The translations under genes were made by a program, and so were the position numbers. The notes under the pieces were generated by a model, which worked only from the letters and a program-made list of their open reading frames with translations, searched no databases and was not told the DNA's origin. This document shows, in pieces, positions 13,044 to 27,115 of a stretch of 64,000 nt of DNA. Position 1 is the stretch's first letter, and each line of letters opens with the position of its first letter. The stretch is from Octopus sinensis. Its lineage: Eukaryota. Location: NCBI RefSeq assembly GCF_006345805.1, contig NC_042999.1, positions 152,334,001-152,398,000 of the forward strand, written 5' to 3'.

Positions 13044-13866
13044 TTAAACGACTCTACTTTTCTGTTTACTGAAACAACGCCGCTCCTTCTAAGAAGAGTT
13101 ATTTAAATGTCTTATGCAGACGACCAACAGCTTTATTAAAAGTTTTAGTTGACGTTCGTTATATTTATGATAAACAGGAAACAATTGAAACAATACTAAA
13201 TTCTGATTGGAATCTAATAATAATTCTACATCAGTTAATAGTCTTCTATACCCACTTCAAAGATGAATACCTCACTTTGATTAAAAACATCAAATTTAGA
13301 AAACTTAACTGTTTCCAATCTGAAGTAAATAAGAAACTTTCAGAGAAATTCAAAACTAGAGTAATATTAGTGTGCATTGCATTAAGACTTTTAATCAATG
13401 ATATAGTTGGGTCTCCGTCGCTTTCCACGATGAGTATTCAGTTTTACAAGAACTGAAGTAGCTGCGCATTGAAATAACGTGTAAGTGGGTGAAAGTTCCA
13501 CAGTAACGACTCCACTTAAACATTTCAATTTACAATCATTTCCTCATTGTTTTACAAGGCTGAACGTTTAAATTACAAGTGCAAATCATCCAGTGGGCTT
13601 CCGAACAGATTCCATCTATTCAACTTCATTTACATGGCTTGGGTAAATCTGAAGTTATGGTAAAGATATTTGCCCAAGATGCCACCCTCGAGATTGCAAA
13701 GCAAAATCAGCGATAAAACAACGTTTTATGAGCTTCCCGGTGGAATTCTTTTGCCTGGGCGAGAAACAAATACTCGAAAAACAAATACGCGTTAATCATA
13801 AAGTTTAAGATGAAATTTTATTGCATAGCGAGCGTCCAATTTGTCTTCGTGTCCCGACTGTATTCT

Positions 13867-14419
13867 TATTTCTTTATTGCCCACAAGGGGCTAAACACAG
13901 AGGGGACAAACAAGGACAAACAAACGGATTAAGTCGATTACATCGACCCCAGTACTGGTACTTAATTTATCGACCCTGAAAGGATGAAAGGCAAAGTCGA
14001 CCTCGGCGGAATTTGAACTCAGAACGTAACAGCAGACGAAATACCTATTTCTGTACTACCCACAAGGGGCTAAACAAAGAGAGGACAAACAAGGACAGAC
14101 AAACAGATTAAGTACTGGTACTTATTTAATCGACCCCGAAAGAATGAAAGGCAAAGTCGACCTCGGCGGAATTTGAACCCAGAACGAAGCGGCAGACGAA
14201 ATACCTATTTCTTTCCTACCCACAAGGGGCTAAACAGAAAGAGGACAAACAAGGACAGACAAACGGATTAAGTACTGGTACTTAATTTATCGACCCCGAA
14301 TGGATGAAAGGCAGAGTCGACCTCGGTGGAATTTGAACTCAGAACTTAACGGCAGACGAAATACCACTGAGCATTTCGCCTGGCGTGCTAACGATTCTGC
14401 CAGCTCGCCGCCTTTATTC
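13867..14419 (-). mobile_element. SINE family A trimer inside one 15-bp TSD
   Basis: One full and two 5'-truncated units; TCCCGACTGTATTCT at 13852-13866 and 14420-14434. Confidence 0.92.
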
Positions 14420-14532
14420 TCCCGACTGTATTCTGCAAAGTAACAGTTGTGACAAGTACTGTTCTGAGGGTGTGTTCAAAGAGGTGTTACAGTCTCCTTC
14501 AATGTGGAGTAACAGAAGTCAGCAGAGCAACT

Positions 14533-14909
14533 GTGTGGTGGAAGCACTCCGTCGGTTCCGGTTGATCCATATCAACGGAACAGCCTGCTCGTGAAATTAA
14601 CGTGTAAGTGGCTGAGCACTCCACAGACACGTGTACCCTTAACGTAGTTCTCGGGGATATTCAACGTGACACAGAGAGTGACAAGGCCGGCCCTTTGAAA
14701 TACAGGTACAACAGAAACAGGAAGTAAGAGTGAGAGAAAGTTGTAGTGAAAGAGTACAGCAGGGATCACCACCATCCCCTGCCGGAGCCTCGTGGAGCTT
14801 TAGGTGTTTTCGCCCAAATAACACTCACAACGCCCGGTCTGGGAATCGAAACCGCGATCCTATGACCGCGAGTCCGCTGCCCTAACCACTGGGCCATTGC
14901 GCCACCGCG
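14533..14909 (-). mobile_element. SINE family C, full length
   Basis: tRNA-like head, long body; TSD GCAGAGCAACT at 14522-14532 and 14910-14920. Confidence 0.92.
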
Positions 14910-15100
14910 GCAGAGCAACTTGTACAGTAAAGATATCCTAAAATTACAATAATCTAGGACAGTTATGTCTATCTCCGACAGAAATGTCTCAATACTTCTG
15001 GAATGCACCTCGTATTTTATAATGTCTATCTTCATTTAATGTCCACGCATCATCCAGTTTATGTCATTCATACGCCCAAGTATATATACATATACATATA

Positions 15101-16094
<994 letters not shown>

Positions 16095-16221
16095 ATATAC
16101 ATATATATATATACATACATGCATATACATACGTATATATAGACATACATACGTCTGCGTGTGACTGTCTATAACGCGTGTGTGTGCGTGTGTGTGTGGT
16201 GTGTGTGTGTGTGTGTGTCTG

Positions 16222-16529
16222 CTTCAGGTTTACCCAAGCCATGTAAATGAAGTTGAATAGATGGAAACTGTCCGGAAGCCCACTGGATGATTTGCACTTG
16301 TAATTTAAACGTTCAGCCTTGTAAAACAATGAGGAAATGATTGTAAATTGAAATGTTTAAGTGGAGTCGTTACTGTGGAACTTTCACCCACTTACACGTT
16401 ATTTCAATGCGCAGCTACTTCAGTTCCCGTAAAACTGAATACTCATCGCGGAAAGCGACGGAGACCCAACTATATCATTGATTAAAAGTCTTAATGCAAT
16501 GCACACTAATATTCCTCTAGTTTTGAATT
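16222..16529 (-). repeat. 308-bp inverted copy of 13347-13654
   Basis: Reverse complement matches with only a few substitutions; bounded by (TG)n on both sides. Confidence 0.95.
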
Positions 16530-16710
16530 GTGTGTGTGTCTGCGTTCATTCATACTTCTTCCCCGCAGAGCAGATTGGACGTTTAACATTTAAGCTCGTC
16601 TCCCTTCCATGCCCTGACCTATGCATTCCTCAACAGAGCCTTTATTGCCGTTACTGATATTTGCTGTTTTTACTGCAACATCTCCCACCTGAAGATGACA
16701 ATCGTGATGT

Positions 16711-17390
16711 TGGTGGTGGTGGTGGTGGTGGTGGTTGTGGTGGTGGTGGTGGTGGATGGTGATGGTGGTGGTGGTTGTGTTGGTGGTGGTTGTGGTGGTG
16801 GTGGTGGTGGTGGTGGTGGTGGTGGTGGTGGTGGTGGTGGTGGTGATGGTGGTGGTGGTGGTGGTGGTGGTGGTGTTGGTGGTGGTGGTGTGGTGGTGGT
16901 GGTGGTGGTGGTGGTGTGGTGGTGGTTGTGTTGGTGGTGGTTGTGGTGTGGTGGTGGTGTTGTGGTGGTTGTGGTGGTTGTGGTGGTGGTAGTGGTGGTG
17001 ATGGTGGTGGCGGTGGTGATGGTTGTGGTGGTGGAAGTGGTGGTGGTGGTGGGGTGGTGGTGGGGGTGATGGTGGTGGTGGTTGTGGTGGTGGTTGTGGT
17101 GTGGTGGTGGTGGTGGTGTTGTGGTGGTGGTGGTGGTGGTGGTGGTGGTGGTGGTGGTGGTAAATATAACGACGATAGTGATGGTAATGATGATACAGCT
17201 GCTGCTGCCGCTGCTGGTCATGATGACGATGATCACGGCGATGACGGTGACGGCAGCGGCGGCAGTGTTGGTGGTGGTGGTGATGGTGACGGTGGTGGTG
17301 ATATTCGTGTTGCTGCTGCTGTTGACGATTTTGAGGGAGGGATGTGAAAATGACGACGACAATAATGAAGACAATGATGATGATGATGAC

Positions 17391-17431
<41 letters not shown>

Positions 17432-17516
17432 CGACGACGAAGATGATGATGATGATGATGATGATGATGAGGATGATGATGATGACGACGATGACGATGA
17501 CTGTAATGATTATGAC

Positions 17517-17572
<56 letters not shown>

Positions 17573-17609
17573 GGATGACGACGATGACGATGACTGTAAT
17601 GATTATGAC

Positions 17610-17653
<44 letters not shown>

Positions 17654-17795
17654 GAATGACGACGATGACGATGACTATAATGATTATGACGATGATGATG
17701 ATGATGATGATGACGACGATGATATATCAGCATCAACCACGGCGTTGTCGTCGTCGTCGTCGTCGTCGTCATCATCATCATCCCCATCGTCGTCG
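16711..17795. repeat. Compound triplet repeat (TGG)n then (GAT/GAC)n then (TCG/TCA)n
   Basis: Direct reading; the GAT block contains three copies of gacgatgact(g/a)taatgattatgac. Confidence 0.97.
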
Positions 17796-18144
17796 TTTTC
17801 ATGAAACCATAGACGTTGTCTTACCTTAATCTCCAGCATTAAATCTGAATTTCTTATGTGACATCTACCGGTTTTATCTGGATTTCTATCTGAAGACGGC
17901 TCCCACTTTGAATGGAAAGAATCTTTCTTTAGCTTACCTTACCTTTATCAGCATCAGTTATCTTCACATTACCTGTCTTTTTTCAAACTGCAATCAAAGC
18001 TGTACGTAAAACTACTTCCTTCGTGTTCTAAATATGTATGCAATCAACTGCACACATATATACACAAATGGACATGTAATTACGTTGAAACAATCCACCA
18101 TTGGTATATGCCTATGGTACGTGTGTACTGGTTTGAATTGGGCG

Positions 18145-18529
18145 AGTGTGTGTGTGTGCGCGTGTGTGTGAGTGTGTGTGTGTATGTGTGTGTGTGTGTG
18201 TGTGTGCGCGTGTGTGTGAGTGTGTGTGGTATGTGTGTGTGTGCGCGTGTGTGTGTGTGTGTGTGTGTGTGTATTGTGTGTGTGTGTGTGTGTGCGCGTG
18301 TGTGTGCGCGTTGTGTGTGAGTGTGTGTGTGTGTGTGTGTGTGCGCGTGTGTGTGTGAGTGTGGTGTGTATGTGTGTGTCTGTGTGTGTGTGTGCGCGTG
18401 TGTGTGAGTGTGTGTGTGTATGTGTGTGTCTGTGTGTGTGTGCGCGTGTGTGTGAGTGTGTGTGTGTGTATGTGTGTGTCTGTGTGTGTGAGTGTGTGTG
18501 TGTATGTGTGTGTGTGTGTGTGTGTATGT

Positions 18530-18576
<47 letters not shown>

Positions 18577-18685
18577 TGGTTTTATTACTCTATGTATGTA
18601 GCTATACTGAGATGCAAAAATTTTAAACGCATACACATATATAGATATATAAAGACGTACATATAAACGTCCACGTATGCATGTG

Positions 18686-18721
<36 letters not shown>

Positions 18722-18724
18722 GAT

Positions 18725-18785
<61 letters not shown>

Positions 18786-18820
18786 GTGTTAAATAAATAG
18801 ATAGATGGATGGATGGATAG
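18145..18820. repeat. (TG)n and (GATA)n microsatellites
   Basis: Direct reading. Confidence 0.97.
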
Positions 18821-19337
18821 ATGTATACTTCACTACAGCTCTTCTTCCCCATCAAACACAGGATACTCATATATACTTATATATATATTGTATGTATAAG
18901 TATGTATATACTTAAGCCTGTGCATATACTCACATTTACAAAAATAGACAGACATACCCACACAGTCACACATTTATCGCCCGTGTGTGTATATAGGCCT
19001 GCATATAAATGTACATGTATCTTTGTATGATAGATAGATAGAGCATCCAGCCGTAGGAACCATGCCAACATAGACGTTGGTGCTTCGTACCGCTCTATGG
19101 CTCGCTAGCTCCTTTCTAACTGTCAGCCTATGCTAGCATGGAAAGCGAGCGATAAATGCTGATATAAACAAATATATATATTTTCCAGTGAGTGTTTGTA
19201 TCAACCTATGATTGTATTATTGCATAATGCTTTCGGACATGGAACGGAAAGAAGAATTACTAAATGACAGAGTTACTTTTACTCTCTGTGCAATTTCAAT
19301 GACATGTAGCAGTACAACTCTCATATACACACACACC

Positions 19338-19690
19338 ACGGTATCGGTCAGACTTTTGAATGCTGTTATACATCTCTAGTCACAATCAGCCTTGCATTGT
19401 TTTTGCTTTCGAACGACGTCAGCCCGCTGGCCAGGCGAGTAGGCCAACATTCCATCCCCTGATCGGAAGACTAGAACTGGAGCAATGTGAAATGAGGTGT
19501 TTTGCTCAGGAACATAACGCGCAGCTGGCCTGGGAATCGAACTCATAATGTAGTGATCGTGAGTACAATACTTTAACCACTAGGTCAACCGCGCCTCCAC
19601 ATACGAGTGTATTCTTTTACTCTTTTACTTGTTTCCGCTCTTTGTCTGCGGCCATGATGGAGCACTGCCTTTAGTCGAACGAATCGACTG
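19338..19690 (-). mobile_element. Decayed SINE D/X copy followed by a family B tail
   Basis: ctggagcaatgtgaaatgaggtgttttgctcagg...gggaatcgaactc...taaccactagg; then gcggccatgatggagcactgcc. Confidence 0.75.
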
Positions 19691-20299
19691 CTGATGCCAT
19701 GCTGATGGTTCTGCCAGCTCGGCACCTTCCGCAACAAATTATTAAATATCTTATTACTATACTATACTATACAATTTTTACTATACAATTATTAAATATT
19801 TCGTCGTACGCAATATTGATTATAATCAACGCGTATCTATGAAATAACTAGCAACATATAAATGTAATATTGAGTTCATTTCTAGTTTAGTGGATTATTT
19901 GAGTCGTAAGATTTGATTAAGTCAAAGTCTAATTTGTTTTGTTCAATTGTTTATTTTTTTCTTTTTGTTTGCGAATCTATAAAAGAACGCAATATCTCTC
20001 ACACGGATTTCGGAAAGGTCAATGAAAACGCAAATAACGAAAGAGATTACTGATTTTGTTGATTTATTTGATATTCTGTGGATGTTATATGTGTGTATGT
20101 GTATGCGCATGCGTGTAATATATATATGTATCTGTGTGTATACATGTATGTGTATGTTTGTGTGTGTGTGTGTGAATTTAATCTGGTGGTGCTGGATTGT
20201 ATATTATAATGCAATCTTTTATGTATGTATTAAATAATATTCTACCGAAACAGCTGTCGTAAAATTTAAACGCCATTTGTTTTTACTTTACATATATAC

Positions 20300-23027
20300 G
20301 CCGCAAATCATGATGGAGAATTTGATGCTTCAAATCATGATGGAAAATCTGAGGAAAGCCTCAGTATGATAAAAAGGAGTACTAACACAATTGGATCAAC
20401 GTACTACTGTATGCCCGATGGGTGACTTCAACTTCCCCAACATCAGGTGGCCTGAGGGCAACATAGCCCCAGGAATGACTCTCAAAGAGCGAAATCAAGC
20501 AGAATCTCTACTTAATCTTGCGAAAATGCTATTCATGGAGCAGATCATACTCTCTTTCCAGCCAGGCACAAACATAACCTGGACCTCTGTTTTATAAACA
20601 GCTAGCAGTATCGCCCGGCGTTGCTCGGGTTTGTAAGGGAGAAAACTATATAAGCATTTTTAGAGAGTTACTTCCCTTATATAATAACAAAAAATTGCAT
20701 TAAAAATGGGAAAAAATTATGGTAATTTTTTTTTAAATCGTAGACTCATCGTAGACGCACGCTAATACCCAGAAGGGCTCGATATGAATCACGACTATAA
20801 GATACCCGGTTTTGGTTACACTGCACCGCAAAATGTGGGAGTAGTTAGGAATCTAAATCGTAGGAGACAGACACACGACTTCACTTTTATATATAAAGAT
20901 GTGGAAATTATTCACAACGTCAATATATGGCCGACAATATTCTCAGACCATAACATAATAGAAATGTACGGCCCGGAACTAACTAAAGATAAATTCTGCA
21001 CAGATAGCGCTCAAACCCCATCCAGCCTAAATATCTATGAGGCTGATTGGAAGTCGCTTGAGAAATAGATACTCCAGCAGGACTGGCCTAAAAGTCTCTC
21101 TATGCAAGATATGCATATGAAACTCAATGAATTCATATAAAAAATGCGAGCCATATACAATAAATACGTCCCAGAGAAGAGAGAATACTCATACGGCGGA
21201 GAATAAAGATCTCGAATTTTTTAAGCAAACATCTCAATGACAGAGTGAATTCCCACCTAACAGAGGAACTCTTCCGGTTTGAAAATAAACTCAAACTCTA
21301 CCATGAAAAAGAAAGTGGAGAAAGAGAAACCTGGGCAACCGAAAATATTTTTAAAATCCTAAAGCCTTCTACACGTTGGCAAAGGAGTTTGCCTCAGTAC
21401 GCTATAAAATAGGACCACTATTTGGTAAAAACGGTTCACTAACTGCAGACCCGGGAAAGATCAGTGAAACACTAAATAAACGATTCCGAAGTGTTTTCTC
21501 TTCTCCACTGAAAAAATATGCAAATAAACAAGCCTGAGGAACTTTTAAATGTAACGAATTTGGAAAAGAGGCAGCCATCGATTACATCAACATAACAGAA
21601 GAGGATGTAATATCGGCTACTGATGACGAAATCAAATTAAGCAACGAGTCCAGGTGGACTCCCGGCTGATCTCTTAAAACGTAAAAAGGCTCTTACAAAG
21701 CCACTACTGATGCTCTTTCAGAGTTTCTTTGCATGTGGTAAACTTCCCAACATGCTAAAAGCAGATATAATATGCCCTGTCCACAAAGGAGGCAGCAGAG
21801 AAGATGCTAAAAACTACAGGCCCATCTCTCTGACCTCACATGCTAGCAAGACAATGGAACGCATTGTCAGAAAGAGGCTGATCACATTCCTAGAAGTAAA
21901 AAACAAACCTTCTCACAAACACGCAACAAGGCTTCTGTCCAGAGAGGAGCTGCCTCACACACTTGCTGTAGCACTTTGACTGGGTACTGATGCAACTGCT
22001 AAACCAGTCAGCTATAGACGTGATAAACCTTGACTTTTCCAAGGCCTTCGACAAGGTTGATCAGGGCATGGTACGTCACAAGCTGCGAAACCTTGGTATT
22101 ACTGGGAAACTGGGAGAGTGGCTGCATGACTTTCTGAAGGGCAGGAGTCAGACAGTTGTAGCCAATGGTCCTCACTCTGAAGAGACACGATTCTCAGCGG
22201 AGCCCCACAGGGAAGTGTACTGGGGCCACTACTATTTGTAGTGACCCTCTCACACATGTCCTCCGCGGTATAGTCAGCCAATATGACCAGTTATGCTGAC
22301 GACACAAAAGTATCGCAAGTAGTTAGGAACTCGGAGGGCATCATATAACTGCAGAAAGACCCAAACGAAATATACAAATGGGCTAACAAAAATAACATAC
22401 AGTTCAACACCATGAAATTTCAGGTACTCCACTATCGGCCCAACACCAAGCTAAAATCGGAATACACTGGACCAGAAGGTAATACGACTCCAGAATCAGG
22501 GCCGGTGTGTGACCAGGGGGTCTACATGAGCAATGATGCAACGCTCCATATGAATATTACCAAGATGGCAACACTGTGCAGGCGAGTGGCTGGATGGATT
22601 CTGAGGACATTCAGAACAACGAAAAGGAAGGCCCTGCTACTCCTATGTAGGACTTTCGTTCTCAGCCGCTTGGACTACTGCTCCCAACTATGGTCCCCAG
22701 AGAGTGTGAAACAAATTGTGGAACTCGAAGCAATCAAGTGCCAATACACAGAGAAGATTGACTCGATGCAAAAGATGGGCTACTAGGAGAGGCTAAAGGA
22801 ACTGAGTCTCTATTCCTGTGAGAGAAGAGAGAGATATGCGGTGATGTATATTTGGAAGATCTTGGAGGGTTTAGCTCCCAATTTTGGAATTGCCAGCTCT
22901 ACCAATCCTCGAACTAGACGGCACTGCATCATACCAAAGATCCTGTATGCCCCACCTAAAATAAGGACACAGTACTGCAATAGTCTTGGTTTCAAGGGCC
23001 CGCAGTTGTTCAACATCCTGCCAGACA
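20300..23027 (+). mobile_element. Decayed CR1/L2-group LINE ORF2 (APE endonuclease + RT)
   Basis: MGDFNFP, LDLCF, SDHN (APE); KNYRPISLTSH, LDFSKAFDKVD, GSVLGPLLF, YADDTK, LDYCSQLWSP (RT); many frameshifts and stops; interrupted by a Helitron; 3' tail absent. Confidence 0.93.
20602..20899 (-). mobile_element. Non-autonomous Helitron (type 1) nested in the LINE endonuclease domain
   Basis: Reverse complement of 1768-2167 without its internal duplication; splits LDLCFIN / VEIIHNV. Confidence 0.9.
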
Positions 23028-24053
23028 ATATTTCTACACCACCTGTCTTCGTCTTTTTCGTGAATTCTCCCCATATATCACACGCTCACGAGGTCGCAAC
23101 CAGTTGTTCCTATCTCCTCTAATCACCCACGAACCTCTCCACAGGACTTCCTACCTTTCTACTCTTTACAGATTCTCTTTTGGACTTTTTACACTCCTGC
23201 TGCACCTCTCCTATCTATGGATTACACTGGACTCTACTTTTGTAGTATATCACTTTGTTAAAGAAAAATATAGTCATATGGCTTATCCCATTTTCTTACC
23301 GTTTTACTAAACTTTTATTCTATTGTAACCAAATATTCTTTAGTTATTATCGATAAATATTTCCTATTTAATTATTTAACAGAAGTAGTTTTAAACTTAG
23401 TTGCTACTGACTTCTTAAAATGTAGAATATTTCTTCAGAAACCTTTAGTAATGATGGGATAGTAGAAAACATAGTAGATGACATTGTCTGTAATTGTTGA
23501 AATAGGGAATTGTAAAAATTTCAGGAAAATTTAGTGATCTGATGAGAAACACCGCGATTTTAAGTTTCGACTTCAATTTCATAAGTAAACGCTACATTGA
23601 TATGCCAGAAGGTGAATTTAAGAAATGCTATTTTAATCATAATTCATCGTTCTCAAATTTAGAAAAGAAAAATTCCACAGCTACATCTAGTTATGTATGG
23701 GAGTAGAAAGACAAGGCTATCAACAACATAAGAATTTAAGTAGAAAACATGAATCTCCACGAAACATATATTAACGGACATGAATGTTGCAACTTCTGCA
23801 ATACTGAGAAAGTTATATTAAATAACCTCATGCAATGAGCTAGCAACTTAAAGACTTGAAATATTTGTTTAGAAAGTGAAGACATTTGAACAAATTTCTG
23901 TTTGAAATGATGAGTTGAACGGTGTTTCATGGTACACTTATTCATATTCGATATATGTAAAGATCTGTTTCGTGATCAGATGTGTACGATACATCAACTT
24001 CATTGTAGCCTATTAGCTTTTTACGTCTTTTCTCTACCTTTTCCAATGAGAAC

Positions 24054-24130
<77 letters not shown>

Positions 24131-24143
24131 ATATTATATTAAA

Positions 24144-24350
24144 TTAGAGATAAAACCACTATTAGGCAAATCATACAATGAAAAACTTATGCCAATACAT
24201 AAGATTAATTCATTCATATTATTTAAAATATATATCAAAATTATTAAAAAGATAATGAGTATAACACTACGATCATTTCATGGCTGTCCAATTCATAATA
24301 ATTCGAGTTACAGTCAATCTTCAGGTGATTGAAATATTTATCTTAGCGAG
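24144..24350 (-). mobile_element. Short PLE-type element between two (TA)n tracts
   Basis: Non-microsatellite island carrying a hammerhead fold; no second copy seen in the window. Confidence 0.55.
24265..24327 (-). ncRNA. Minimal type I hammerhead ribozyme (second family)
   Basis: CAC-CUGAAGA-U-UGACUGU...ACAGCCA-U-GAAA-U-GAUC-GUA-GUG: intact core, 3-bp stem I, stem II with one mismatch, GUA triplet. Confidence 0.65.
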
Positions 24351-24353
24351 GTT

Positions 24354-24416
<63 letters not shown>

Positions 24417-24664
24417 CACACAAATATACATAATAATATACATACAATCACACATATATACAAACTCACATGAGCACAAACATGCACAAAATGCTTACAC
24501 ATACAAACATATACGTACATACATGCACAACTTCTTTGTTAAAAATTCTATTGAAGGACTCTTGGATCTATGATGGAAACCGGCTCTTTCTCCATTGACA
24601 AGAAATCTAGAAATGAAAATAGCATACATGATAAACATATGTATATATACACGCAGACACGCGC

Positions 24665-24702
<38 letters not shown>

Positions 24703-25454
24703 TATGAGGGGCTTGGTTCACTTGTGATCTAAACGAATATGTACGTTGGGTAAGTGCTGTAGTTGGTCGACCATTAGGTCCCAAGGTCACACCTAGGGAT
24801 CCGGATTAGGGTTCCGTTATAGCATTCCTCTAACAAACACACACACATATACATACAAACATGCAGTGAGATAGGTAGATAGATATAGAGGGAGAGAGAA
24901 AGACAAAGAGAGAGAAAGAAATGGAGAGACAGAGAAAGGGAAACAAAGAAAGCAAGAAGAAGGCGGCTTTGAGGAAGAAAATGAAAAAAATGAAAAAAAT
25001 AACAAAAAAGCAGAAATTCCAATAAATACGTGTTTAATGGTAGACAAAATTCCATATGGCGAAGGTATAAAAGAGAAGTTAGTGAAGTGAATTAAGAAGT
25101 TGAAAAATTGTGAAGCAAAGAGAGATGTGGTGTGAGTTGTGATGAAACCTAGGTGACTTGCACAATTACCTGACTGGAAAGGACTATAATAACTAAGAGT
25201 TTGTGTGTGTGTTTGTGTGAATGTTTGCGTGTGTACGTGTGTGTGTGCGTGTGTGTGTACGCATGTATGCAAGTATATATATATATATGTAAGTATATAA
25301 ATATATATATAGTTATACTTCTCTCTCCATACATATATATATATATATATATATTACGAAGAGAGAGAGAGAGAGAGGTATTTATATAAATACATATACT
25401 CACACAGACACACATACACACATATATATTTATATTCATTCACACAAACATATG

Positions 25455-25495
<41 letters not shown>

Positions 25496-26864
25496 GCTTT
25501 GCTCTATCACTCCTTCTGCTTCTATTTTTTCATTTCTCTGCACATACAGGTGTGCATATGCACAAGCACGCACACAGATACCCACGCATACGTATACACA
25601 CTCATACAAGCGTACTTATGTGCGCGGATCATTGTTTGTGCAGATGTCACTGAGTGCATCTGTGTTTGCGTATTGAACATACATAATAGATATGTATGGC
25701 TGCACTCTGAAGTACACCGTAGTAAATCTACCTATCTTTCTCTCTCTCTCTCTCCTCTCTCTCTCTATCTATCTATCTAGCTAGCTAGCTATTTATCTAT
25801 CTTTTTATCTACTGACACACACATTTGTATCCATACAGGTATATATTGTGTGTATGTGTGGTGTGTGTGTATGTGATATGTGTGTGTGTGTATGTAAATA
25901 CGCACATATACATGTATACTTATATGGATATATTTGTCATCTGTGCGTATGCATATATATATATAATGTATGTATGTATGTATGTGTGTGGCTAGTTGAT
26001 TTAAGAAATGCATATATCTGCATATGCATATATATATATATCTATATATATCTTTATATATGTATACATATATGCTTATATATGTATATCTATGAATGTT
26101 TTGTAAAAACACATATGCACGTATATGCATGCATATATACTTATCTATCTGTCTATCCATCCATCCATTAATCTAGCTATCACACTTTATATATATATAC
26201 ACATACATACATACATACGCACACACATGTAGTTTGGAATAGTGAATATACTAATTTGCCTCAGTGAATAAATATCGCCCCACTCTCAGGAATCAAAGGA
26301 CAAGTACAAATGAAAGCATAGAACCTAAACAAATTATCTTCAGACTAAATTTAGCCAGGCGTTAATAAAGCAGACAATCGTAGTTATTAACGATGTTCAA
26401 TAATCATAAAAATGGGATCGATTCCGGTCAAATGTAGGACTTAATGTCTGTCGATTTTGTGTCTTTTTTTTTTGGGGGGTTTTTGTCAAATTCAGATTAT
26501 ACGTCATTCAATAGGAGCTTTTATTGCCTCAGCAATTTTTCGAAAATTTATATTTAGTAGAACGCAAGCGGTATATACATCATCAGAAAGACGGAAAAGA
26601 CATTTGCGCTTTGTGAAATAGGAGTTGTTAACAGTGGCGTGGTGAAGAAAGCTCACTTCACCCTGCAACCATGTGGCTTCTAGTTCAGTTCCGCTGTATG
26701 ATTCCTTGGACAAGTGTTTTCTATTTAGCCTCCTGGACAATTAATGTCTTGTGAATAAATTTGGTGAACAGAACCTGTGCGAATTTCGTGTATGTATATG
26801 CATATGTATATTATATATATATATATATATAATATATATATACATATATATAATGTATATATAA

Positions 26865-27115
26865 TGAAAAAGTCTTTAACGTTTCGAGCCTGCGCTCTTC
26901 CACAGAAAGGAACACAGAAAGAAACAAGGAGAGAAAAGAATGTGTATAGTGGCTATCGATCTATCATTGCGTGATAGATCGGTAGCCACTATACACATTT
27001 TTTTTCTCTCCTTGTTTCTTTCTGTGTTCCTTTCTGTGGAAGAGCGTAGGCCCGAAACGTTAAATACTTTTTCAATTCCAGAGCGTTATACTAATACATC
27101 TGTTTGATATACTAC
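26865..27115. mobile_element. Family E element in foldback form (arms of about 102 bp, 26865-27074, 5-nt loop at 26967-26971)
   Basis: Each arm carries ctgtggaagagcg(c/t)aggc(t/c)cgaaacgtt in opposite orientation. Confidence 0.88.

Noticed and set aside
13867-14419. Regularly spaced repeats resembling a CRISPR array
   Set aside because: Units are whole SINE copies without unique spacers, in a eukaryotic context with no cas genes.
16711-17161. (TGG)n as telomere or functional G-quadruplex
   Set aside because: Not TTAGGG; an ordinary triplet microsatellite with only two-tier G4 potential.
17082-17829. Long Asp-, Met- or His-rich ORFs (also 33406-33920, 45114-45987, 54383-54667)
   Set aside because: They are translations of triplet microsatellites open in several frames, with no domain or exon structure.
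23540-23575. CTGATGA-GAAAC...GTTTC-GAC motif (similar at about 30126-30172)
   Set aside because: Lacks GAAA and a stem III or cleavage triplet; at most a decayed pLTR remnant, so not called a ribozyme.
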